Shown here in pieces: positions 10,329 through 18,690 of a DNA stretch of 64,000 nucleotides (positions are counted from its first letter, which is position 1; each line of letters begins with the position of its first letter). The stretch lies in assembly GCF_014654725.1 (NCBI RefSeq), contig NZ_JACVZV010000010.1, positions 10,404 through 74,403 on the forward strand, in the 5' to 3' direction. The position numbers were made by a program, and so were the translations under genes. Source of the stretch: Vulcanococcus sp. Clear-D1 (GTDB taxonomy: Bacteria > Cyanobacteriota > Cyanobacteriia > PCC-6307 > Cyanobiaceae). Below the pieces are notes generated by a model. That model saw nothing but the letters and a program-made list of their open reading frames with translations, was not told where the DNA came from and ran no database searches.

Positions 10329-10772
10329 ATCCCCAAGGCCCAGGCGGTGCATGGCACCACGGGTGAGGCGCCGCTGGAGGCCAAGCCGTCCTTCCTGGCG
10401 GAGCGGGAGCTGGTGCGGATCGTCCACAGCGACTGCTGCGTGGAGGTCGAGGCGAACTGGTATTCGGCGCCGCAGGTGCTGATCCGCCAGCGGGTGAGCG
10501 TGCTGGTGCGCGATCAACAGGTTCTGATCCTCTATGGCGGCAGGATCGTCGCTGAGCACAGGCGCCAGCGGCCCGGTAGCCGCAGCCGCCAGGTGATCGA
10601 TGGGCATTGGGCTGGCCTGGTGCCACAACAGCAGCAGCGCGAGGCGGTGCGATCCCTGAGGGACGCCGGCGCCAGTTGTGATCAGGACTGCGAGCAGCGC
10701 ACGGTCCGCAGCTCTGAACTGGCCCGGCCTCTGGGCGTCTATGCCGAGCTGATCGGTGAGGTGGCGGCATGA
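10329..10772 (+). pseudogene. istA: C-terminal fragment of an IS21-family IstA transposase
   Basis: '..AVHGTTGEAPLEAKPSFLAERELVRIVHSDCCVEVEANWYSAPQVLIRQRVSVLVRDQQVLILYGGRIVAEHRR' is the typical post-catalytic C-terminal region of IstA. The stop overlaps the next start (ATGA at 10769-10772), as in istA-istB junctions. The N-terminal two-thirds are absent. Confidence 0.65.
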
Positions 10773-11026
10773 GCACGAACCCACGCAACCGATCAACACC
10801 CATCACGCCACCGGCGGCGGTCCTGGAGCGGTTGCGGCACTACCGGATGGGCGTGATTGGTGTTTGCAGCGTGATTGCCGCGGAACTGGCCTACGGCGTG
10901 GCCGCCGCCAACGCCCAGGTGGCGGCACTAAGAAGCCTTGGTTTGCAGGCACGTTTCCGGACCGATGGCTGCGTTGAGAATCTGGTCCGGCAGATCCCCG
11001 CTGGCGGAGTGGACGAAGAGGAGTGA
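10769..11026 (+). pseudogene. possible short IstB N-terminal remnant that drifts into non-homologous sequence
   Basis: It is translationally coupled to the istA fragment. 'AAVLERLRHYRM' resembles the 'EELEAMLTRLRL' start of the IstB copy at 13424. No Walker motifs follow. Confidence 0.3.
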
Positions 11027-11473
11027 TCAACTACTTGCTGACGCTGAGCAACATTGATCAACTCTCAAGCAATCCAGGTGCATGAGAATATTCTTAATTA
11101 GGGCGATGGCGACAGAGCTCAGCGTCAGGCGATCTTAGCGAGTTTGAATGAACACCAAGCAACCTCAGATCTGCTGATGGACCGAGCTCTGACTGCTGCT
11201 GACGCATATTAGGTTTTTATGGTCACGGGATAGCTTATCGCAACCCCAAGGCATACGCCCATCAAAAGCGCCCATGGGAGCACTGCTATACGACCGACCA
11301 AACGAAGTGAGGATGCGGACAAAAATGGCGAGGGGCACTCAGCTTCTAATTGGCTGCCTACATCAACGTATTGTTTATTTGCTCACAATACATATCAAAT
11401 GACTTGCACTTCTGAGGAGCGTTGTCGTGAGAAAGTAAAAACGTCGAACCATCTGCAGCGCACCTATGCCCAA

Positions 11474-12592
11474 TCAGCTCGCAATGCTATCTAAGGTTTC
11501 AGATATCGGCTGGCTGAATAGGGAATGCAAGCCATCTGTCTTGCCAAAGTCTTCGCTGAGGACGGATGTCAAAAGGGATTCGAAACGTGAGACGTCAGCC
11601 TGGAACACGACTTTCACATCTTGACCGGCAGAATCACGCTTCGTCCAACCTGACTTGAATGGATCAAGAGGAGAGCGGGGACGCCCCTTCCAATTAAGAC
11701 GGCTAAAATCACTAGTGTCACCGAACGGTGAGTCTTGCTCAGGTGCGATGTCATCGCGAGCCTTTGCATTGACCTTGATTTTTACTCCTTGTGAATTTGT
11801 GATCAGATCGGGAGATACCGCAATTGCCGCGGCTAGAGGATCCCAGTGATAATATTCGCCTAGAGGATTCACAATAGCATCTTTCCACCAGGTGGCTGCT
11901 AGGTTAGCCACTCTCCCAGTTGCATTCTTTTGAAAGTTTGCAAGAAAGTCTTCGGTCAGTGGGGCCTGATTGGTTGCATCAAGAGGAACGATCGTTATGG
12001 GTATCCCTAGATCAAAGACGGTCTTAGCTGCGACAGGATCGATCCAGAAATTGAACTCAGCACGCTCGTTAGGAGTGTTATGAATGTTGCCTTTGACGTC
12101 AACTGCGCCACCCATAGAGACTATATGATCAATCTTACCTGCAAGCTTGGGAGATTTAGCTAAGACCTTAGCGAGTGTCGTGAACGTGCCCAACTCTAGA
12201 ATGGAAATCTCGCTCGGGCTTGTCAGGAGAACTTTTCGGAGAATGTCCACAGACTTTCCGTTTTGCCGCTTTGCAGCTTTGGTGTAGTCAGGAATTTTCA
12301 ATCCTCTGAGATTGTCTTCTGTGTACCGCCATTCAGAGGGATATTGATGGAAGCCCTGAAGGGTATTCTTGCCGCCTTCTCCTATGATGGGAAGTTGATC
12401 CGAAGGGATTCCTGCATACCTCAGAAGCCGGACTGCGTTGTTTTTCGCAGGAAGTGAGTGTGCAAGACCGGTTCCTTGAGTTAGAATGGCTTTGATGTTA
12501 AACTTGCTTTCGGGCTGTTTCGAGATTTGAGCCAAATAGAGGAGTGCGATTCGGTCGTCTAGCCCCATGTCTGTGTCGATAATCCAGTCCAT
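11474..12592 (-). CDS. inosine-uridine-preferring nucleoside hydrolase family protein (low-GC cargo gene)
   Basis: It has the N-terminal aspartate cluster 'MDWIIDTDMGLDDRIALLYL' (DxDxxxDD). Later motifs are 'IVSMGGAVDVKGNI..NERAEFNFWIDPVAAKTVF' and 'YHWDPLAAA'. The start is placed at the ATG at 12590-12592. The ORF is open up to 12724, so a longer N-terminus is possible. Confidence 0.8.
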   Translation of the reverse strand: MDWIIDTDMGLDDRIALLYLAQISKQPESKFNIKAILTQGTGLAHSLPAKNNAVRLLRYAGIPSDQLPIIGEGGKNTLQGFHQYPSEWRYTEDNLRGLKIPDYTKAAKRQNGKSVDILRKVLLTSPSEISILELGTFTTLAKVLAKSPKLAGKIDHIVSMGGAVDVKGNIHNTPNERAEFNFWIDPVAAKTVFDLGIPITIVPLDATNQAPLTEDFLANFQKNATGRVANLAATWWKDAIVNPLGEYYHWDPLAAAIAVSPDLITNSQGVKIKVNAKARDDIAPEQDSPFGDTSDFSRLNWKGRPRSPLDPFKSGWTKRDSAGQDVKVVFQADVSRFESLLTSVLSEDFGKTDGLHSLFSQPISETLDSIAS

Positions 12593-13423
12593 TGAATTAA
12601 TTCGCGTTGATTTTGATTTGATTTTTGTTTTTCGATCAAGGAAGCTGTGTTGCTCAGACCTTGAAGCTACAGCCTCGTGGAGCCTGTCAACTTGATGGCC
12701 TGCAAACACGGCGCTCATGAACATAAGCGTTAGGATCCCTCGCGAAAGAGAACGAGGACTGCAATTGAAGAATTCACAAGATTTCCCTTATCATAACTTG
12801 GTTGCTGAGGGGTGTCAATGTTTCAAGCGGCGACACCCCAGCTTCTGGAAAGGGCCGTTGGCGGTATTTATTTGGTTGCAAATCACGCAACAACGAGTCG
12901 ATTCAGCATCTTGCTGCAAGAGTGGTTAGATGCCCGATCCAAACCAATAGCGATAGCTGATTATGCGATTGCATAAGAGATTGGAGCATGCCGCGGGACT
13001 GACCCTGGAATCCCACCTGATCATTATCCACCCTGAACTGACCAGGTGGCGGGGCGAAGCAAAGGGAGACGGTTCACGTTACTTCGATACGCCAAGTGAT
13101 GACTTAACTACTCGAGCGGTTGGTTTTGACGGGGGAAAGTTCATGTTGTAGAACAAACGTGAGTTGTAGACCATCGGTGTCAACTTGAAGATAAGCCGAT
13201 CGGTGGTGACGGGAATCCCTTCATTGGACCGGACGCAATGAGAATGAATTCGAGGCCTATTAAAAGTCTGTACCAAACGGCCTTCTGGCCTGGCCCTGAC
13301 GGGGTTCTCCAGGATGCGTATCGCTCCAGATCCTTACACACGCCACCGCTCTCCAGAACCCTGCTGGTTCCACCGATATGCTCAGCTTCCTCAAGGTGCT
13401 GCCGCCCCGAGGAGCTTGAGGCG

Positions 13424-14217
13424 ATGCTCACCCGCCTGCGGCTGCCGGCGATCCGCGATCACCTTGATGCGCTGCTGGAGGAAGCGGCCAGACGTGAGAT
13501 GAACCTGCGTGAGGCGCTGACCTGGCTCTGCACAGCTGAGGTGGCTCGCAAGGACCATCTGCGGATGGGAATGGCGCTGCGGCTGGCGCGCTTTCCGTAT
13601 GTGCGGACGCTGGAGGCATTTGATTTCGAGGCTCAGCCGTCGATCGATCCGGCCCAAATCCGCGAGCTGGCCACCTGCCGTTGGGTGGCCAACGGCGACA
13701 CCTTGCTGCTGCTCGGACCGCCGGGTGTGGGGAAGACCCACTTGGCGGTGGCACTGGGCCGGGAGGCGGTGGGACTCGGTCACAGCGTCCAGCACGTCGG
13801 TGCGATGGAGCTGATCACAGCCCTGGCCAAAGCCCAGGCGCAGCACGCTCTGGAAGCAAGGCTGACGCAGTACGCCAAAACCCGGCTGCTGATCATCGAT
13901 GAGCTCGGCTACCTGCCGCTTGAGCCGAACGCGGCCTATCTGTTCTTCCAGCTGATCTCCCGCTGCTACAAGCGCGGCAGCGTGTTGATCACCTCCAACC
14001 GCCCCGTCATGGAGTGGGGCGAGGTGTTTGGTGATCAGGTGGTTGCCACGGCAATTCTCGATCGGCTGCTGCACCACAGCCACGTGCTGACGATCCGGGG
14101 CGACACTACCGGCTCAAAGAGAAACGTCGCAGCGGCCTCATCCGCCCGCAGGCGGGCGGTTCCTCCTCACAGGGCAGCGCTGGCCTACAGCCACCGCCGC
14201 CCAGTGAGGAGGCCTGA
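13424..14217 (+). pseudogene. istB: IS21-family IstB helper ATPase, frameshifted near its 3' end
   Basis: 'MLTRLRLPAIRDHLDALLEEAARREMNLREALTWL..RLARFPYVRTLEAFDFEAQPSID' is followed by Walker A 'LLGPPGVGKTHLAVALG' and Walker B 'LLIIDELGY'. At about 14104-14107 the frame breaks. The family-typical ending 'YRLKEKRRSGLIRPQAGG...EEA*' continues in the +2 frame to TGA at 14215-14217. The annotated ORF instead runs on to 14383. Confidence 0.8.
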
Positions 14218-14289
14218 GGGAAAACTCGAATCAGGCAGCACAGGTTCCGCAGCCCACAACAACAACGTCACGACACACACCGATGAGAC

Positions 14290-15399
14290 AACGATCGAAA
14301 AGGCACCGGAAGGACTCCATCAGCAGACCATCAGCTGGGCCAGATTTCGTGTCGGCGGAGGACCAAAAGCAGATGTCGCTTGACACGGGATCCTGAGTAA
14401 ATGCGAGAGCCTCCGGGATTTGGAGCGTTTTGCCCGGCGCCATCACGATGTGCTCACAGAGTCGCTTGGCCTTGGGCTCAAGCGTCCTCCATCAGATTCC
14501 GCCTTCCGTTACTTCTTCCTGCAGGTGGATGTCGATGGCGTCTGCGCCGCCATCCGTGACTGGACCATCGCCCAGATCCCAGGTGGGGCAACGGTTCTTG
14601 ATCAGTTGGTCTGTGACGGCAAGACCCTGCGAGGTTCGATCGTGCCCACCAGTGGTGGCGGTTCGGCGTTCATCGCCCAGGTGACGCTGTACTCCGCAGC
14701 TTTGGGTATCGCGATCGCTCAGGCTTGCTACGCCACAAGTGATAACCACGAGCGTGCGGTACTCCAAAGGTTGCTTGGTGAGTTCGATCTGGAGGGTGTG
14801 CTCATCCAGGCGGATGCGCTCCACACACAGCAGGCGTTTTTCGGCAGCTCACGGAGCAGGGGGCCGACTTCCTGCTGACGGTCAAAGCCAACCAGAAGAC
14901 TCTCTACCGCCAGATCGCCAGCCAGCTGGTTGGAAAGCGCAAGATCCCTTTCATCGCAAGTGATCACGAAGTCGGCCATGGGCGCGACATCACCTGGGAT
15001 CTCAGGGCCAAGGAGGCACCAACCCACATCAAGGAGAACTGGCACGGCGCCTGCTGGATTGCGGAAGTGATTGCAACAGGCATGCGCGATGGCAAGCCGT
15101 TCAACGCCACCCATCGGTTCATCACGAGCCTGCGCACTACCCCAGAAGCCCTGCTGCGTCTGGTGAGAGAGCGCTGGAGCCTGGAGAGCTGGCACTGGAT
15201 CCGGGACACCCAGTTCCGGGAAGACGCACACCGTTACCGCGGAAATGGCGCCGGTGCCATGGCCACACTGCGAACCGCAGCCATGAACCTGCTGCGCCTG
15301 GCTGGATTCGGCTCAATCCGCGAGGGCCTGCAAGCGGTGATGCATAACATCACGGCGCTGCTGGCGCTGGCGCGACGACAACCAGAGCTCAAGCCATGA
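14290..15399 (+). pseudogene. ISAs1-family (H-repeat-associated) transposase with at least two frameshifts
   Basis: 'GILSKCESLRDLERFARRHHDVLTESLGLGLKRPPSDSAFRYFFLQVD..DGKTLRGS..HERAVLQRLLGEFDLEGVLIQADALHTQQAFF' breaks at the T5 run 14837-14841. It then continues in another frame as 'RQLTEQGADFLLTVKANQKTLYRQI...RERWSLESWHWIRDTQFREDAHRYRGNGAGAMATLRTAAMNLLRL' to TGA at 15399. The N-terminal part ('QLGQISCRRRTKSR') lies in a third frame upstream of 14384. The left boundary is approximate. Confidence 0.75.
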
Positions 15400-15790
15400 C
15401 CTGACTTTGAATCAACCCTGTCAGCAGCCCAAAGTGCTGCTCCAGTTCAACCCGCTCAAACAGGTAGAGGAAGGTGGAGTTGCAGGGTGCCTTGGGCAGC
15501 TCCAGGCCCACCCAGCGCCGCGCCGAATGCCTGGTGATGGCGTTTAGCACAACGCTCCTGATCCATGGCGCTGCGGCAGCCACTCAGGATGCCCAGGATC
15601 GCCATCAACAGCAGTAACCACTACGAGTAACAGACACCTCGACGCTTGCGGCCTTCCGGTAGGGCCTGCAAGAACGCGATCAGATCAGCAGTGGCAGCGG
15701 GGTCGGCCAACAGACGGGAGCAGTCCCGACAAAATCGGCTCCAGCATGGCCGCGCCAGCTGCCTTGTGCCTTACTTTCAGTCGGCCCTGT
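15400..15790 (-). pseudogene. N-terminal remnant of a second ISAs1-family transposase, tail-to-tail with the first
   Basis: The minus strand reads 'LADPAATADLIAFLQALPEGRKRRGVCYS*WLLLLMAILGILSGCRSAMDQERCAKRHHQA', with an in-frame stop. After a frameshift it reads 'LELPKAPCNSTFLYLFERVELEQHFGLL'. Only about 110 codons of the family N-terminus remain. Confidence 0.65.
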
Positions 15791-15874
15791 AGACCACCCC
15801 GCATCCGCGTATCCGTGATCGACTTGACATAAACATCAAAAGATGCTAGGAAAGATAAAGAGTCTGTATCACCT

Positions 15875-16777
15875 ATGGCTGACGCGCTTTTCACAATTCA
15901 TGGTGGCAGCGGCAGGATCAAAAGAGGCGCAAACGGCAAATACAAATTAATCATTAGCGACCTTGACGCAACACATTCCTGGTTCACTAACCGCCCCAAT
16001 CGTCTGCAAGGGACACTCTCGACGCAAGAGATAACAGAAGGATGGGAGGGCTACTTTGGGAAGAATCCACCAAATTCTGTCGTCTCATTCCACGACGACA
16101 ATGGCGCATTTAAGCGGATCGCTTTTGAGCAACTGAAACCAAGACTCAAAGACGAAGGCACCAAAATGGTGTCCCGCATGAAAATGCTCCCGAGCACAGC
16201 AGCACCAGAAGCCGAAGGCCAATCTCCATCCATGAATGGCCTTGACTATGATCCCGTAACAGGATTCAAGCTCAAGCGAGGCGAATCAGTCTCAATCAAC
16301 GACCCCTCAGTCGTGGTAGACGATTTTACGCTAAGCCAAATCACGATCGTCAATAATTCATCTCAAAAGATGCAGGTTGATTACGTGATAGGCGAAATGA
16401 AGGCTGGCGCAATTCTGACATCGAGAGATCTTCCGGCTGGCACGAGTGTTGTGCTTACGGGCACAACACATGATAAGTGGGATGTATCGGCGAATGTCAT
16501 GGTCTGGGAAAAGACCAGCTGGAAGAAAGGCTTGATCATTCAAGCTGACAATCCATGGTACGAAACGCCTCAAATTGAGATCAATATGACAGGCCGGTAT
16601 TACAACTCAAGCCAATTCAAAAAAGATGTGTGGTATAAGCCAGGAGCCGGTGAAGATTGGCTGCTTCAGTCACCAAACCCTGTGCTCGACTTCAAATACC
16701 ACAATGACAATCCAGGCGATGGAGACGGCAATAAGGCATGGACATTTGTATTCACGAATCAAAACCCATCCATTTAG
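15875..16777 (+). CDS. hypothetical protein (300 aa) with an N-terminal domain shared with the next gene and a beta-rich C-terminal half
   Basis: It is a clean ATG-started ORF in very AT-rich DNA. The N-terminus 'WFTNRPNRLQGTLSTQEITEGWEGYFGKNPPNSVVS' aligns with 'WFEDRPLRGYGHFSFDEITGKAAWKKLFNGDKPNSVLS' of the downstream protein. I recognise no family. Confidence 0.6.
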   Translation: MADALFTIHGGSGRIKRGANGKYKLIISDLDATHSWFTNRPNRLQGTLSTQEITEGWEGYFGKNPPNSVVSFHDDNGAFKRIAFEQLKPRLKDEGTKMVSRMKMLPSTAAPEAEGQSPSMNGLDYDPVTGFKLKRGESVSINDPSVVVDDFTLSQITIVNNSSQKMQVDYVIGEMKAGAILTSRDLPAGTSVVLTGTTHDKWDVSANVMVWEKTSWKKGLIIQADNPWYETPQIEINMTGRYYNSSQFKKDVWYKPGAGEDWLLQSPNPVLDFKYHNDNPGDGDGNKAWTFVFTNQNPSI

Positions 16778-16847
16778 CGCCGAGTAGCGGTAGAAGTCTA
16801 ATTTTTGCTTCATTCACGAGCAGTTCACCCTCTCATTCATCGCAATC

Positions 16848-18503
16848 ATGGCCAACACCAAGATCCCAGCCAACTCCCTTCTCCTCGCTCAGTTTTCTCA
16901 ATTTCGGGTCAAGCAGCGCAAGCCAGATTCACGCAACTTCATGCTTGTTGCCAAGGGCGAGGAGATCAATACCGTCTGGTTTGAGGATCGCCCCCTACGG
17001 GGTTACGGCCATTTTAGTTTTGATGAAATTACCGGCAAAGCTGCGTGGAAAAAACTATTCAACGGCGACAAACCTAACAGTGTTCTTAGCGGACAAGGCA
17101 GGAGCCTTGTTTTTGAAACTGGGCACTTTCAGACGAGAGCCAACGGAACATACGCCTCTAGGATAAAATTGATTGGTGATCAAGCCAATCAGGATGTTAT
17201 TACTGGGCAATGGAAGAAATCATCTCTATTGATTGATTCAACCTCTGCTTCCGAAGAAGACAGCAGTAACACCATTGTGGAAGGTCTTGCGGGCCTACTT
17301 GTTGTTGGCGGCGGCCTTGTACTTTACAAGAAGATTCGCGCCAATCGAGTACAAGAGGCCGCAGAAGAACAAATCAATGAATTAGATCAAAACATTGCTA
17401 ACGCCGAAGACAATCTTGCCGACATGAAAGGCCAATTTGAAATCAATGAAGCAATTATAAAGGAAAATACGGCTAAGCTCAATAAGTTACAAGAACAGCT
17501 TAGTGCCTACCAAAAAGAGTTGGCCAATGCTGAAAAGCAGCTTGAATTAGCCAAACAATTTGGCGGCAACGAAGAAATCATTAAACTGTGGCAAGACGAA
17601 GTTAATGAGTGGCAAATGGATATTATGAGAATTCAAGAAAAGATAGAGCCAGTCAGTTCTGCGAACGAAGAGCTAATAGCTAAATCTTCGGACTTGCTGC
17701 AAGACATAAAAGACATCAGAGGCAATATTAAGATACTTGAAAACCAAAAAGAGGGGGTGCAAAAATTACAGACTATCATCGAAGAAGAACTTGAAGAAGA
17801 TCTCGATGATGTGGCCAACGATGCGAAGCCCTTCGAAACCGAGGCCTTCAAAGACAATCAAGCGGCTATTGAGGGGGGAGAAATGCCAGAAGTGAGGCTT
17901 TTGGATCAGATGATTCTTGAAGACGCAAATGAATACGAAGCACAGCTAATAAAAGCCATAAAAGACCCTTTTGGCAGTAACTACACTGAAAGCATCGAAA
18001 ACATCCTTAAGGACGTCATCTCCGAAGGACAAAATGAAGCATATGACGCACTTGCAAAAGCTACTTGCTCTGTGCCAGTTCTAGCAATGGGTGCCAAGCA
18101 AAAAGTCGCTGTAGGTGGTGGCTTTTGTACAGAGATTGAAGGTATTGATCCAGTCGTTGATCTCTATGCCGAGGAGTTCACAATCGAAGAAAATATGATC
18201 TTCAAAGGAAGTCATGTTTTCACCGAGTTTAGATCAGACTTGGCTGAAATAGGATATGAGGCAGAGATTGCTGAGCTTACCGAATTCGTAGCTGGTCCAG
18301 AATTTGCTGGTCAAGCCGGTGAGCTCATCGGCGCTTTCACAGAGGGAACTCTTGTAGCCGAAGAAGCAGTTGGTGCCCTCGACATCGCATCTATCGGCCT
18401 GGGTGGTGAGGCTTTTGTGGATGGCCTAGCATTGGAAGTTGGAGGGGATGCATTACTCGGCGAAATCGCGCTTGATATCCTTGAGATTGCTGTTATATTC
18501 TAA
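16848..18503 (+). CDS. hypothetical membrane-anchored coiled-coil protein (551 aa) with a paralogous N-terminal domain, one TM helix, a long heptad-rich region and an acidic C-terminal half
   Basis: The TM candidate is 'IVEGLAGLLVVGGGLVLYKKI'. A region of roughly 160 aa rich in E/K/Q/L follows ('EQINELDQNIANAEDNLADMKGQFEINEAIIKENTAKLNKLQEQLSAYQKELANAEKQLELAK'). The remainder is strongly acidic and ends in the hydrophobic 'LGEIALDILEIAVIF'. Confidence 0.6.
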   Translation: MANTKIPANSLLLAQFSQFRVKQRKPDSRNFMLVAKGEEINTVWFEDRPLRGYGHFSFDEITGKAAWKKLFNGDKPNSVLSGQGRSLVFETGHFQTRANGTYASRIKLIGDQANQDVITGQWKKSSLLIDSTSASEEDSSNTIVEGLAGLLVVGGGLVLYKKIRANRVQEAAEEQINELDQNIANAEDNLADMKGQFEINEAIIKENTAKLNKLQEQLSAYQKELANAEKQLELAKQFGGNEEIIKLWQDEVNEWQMDIMRIQEKIEPVSSANEELIAKSSDLLQDIKDIRGNIKILENQKEGVQKLQTIIEEELEEDLDDVANDAKPFETEAFKDNQAAIEGGEMPEVRLLDQMILEDANEYEAQLIKAIKDPFGSNYTESIENILKDVISEGQNEAYDALAKATCSVPVLAMGAKQKVAVGGGFCTEIEGIDPVVDLYAEEFTIEENMIFKGSHVFTEFRSDLAEIGYEAEIAELTEFVAGPEFAGQAGELIGAFTEGTLVAEEAVGALDIASIGLGGEAFVDGLALEVGGDALLGEIALDILEIAVIF

Positions 18504-18690
18504 CGATGCAACTCATTGTTAAGTGATGCCCAAGGGAAGCCTTTATTAATATTAATAGTGCATTTCACCAAGTAACAGTCTGGCAAGACTGCATTTCCTG
18601 CGTGTTCATTATGGTATCGCCTGCGATTTTAACTCTCCAATGGATAATGGCATCGTAGACGCATCGCTGATCGTCCCCGCCGCCGATGAG

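Larger units (their letters stand above)
9880..15800. mobile_element. mosaic of degraded insertion-sequence fragments (IS graveyard) enclosing one intact cargo gene
   Basis: It contains five separate transposase or helper fragments from three IS families. All are truncated and/or frameshifted; see the individual entries. The boundaries are approximate. Confidence 0.75.

Noticed and set aside
10329-14217. The idea that the two IS21-type pieces are one element split by insertion of the nucleoside-hydrolase segment
   Set aside because: Both pieces contain their own istA 3' end/IstB N-terminal junction (AAVLERLRHYRM versus EELEAMLTRLRL), and their nucleotide sequences differ. They are therefore remnants of two separate IS21-family copies.
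14837-14841. The T5 run at the ISAs1 frameshift as a programmed -1/+1 frameshift site
   Set aside because: ISAs1-family transposases are encoded by a single ORF as far as I know. This copy has additional frame breaks near its 5' end and is surrounded by other decayed ISs. A degenerative indel is the simpler explanation.
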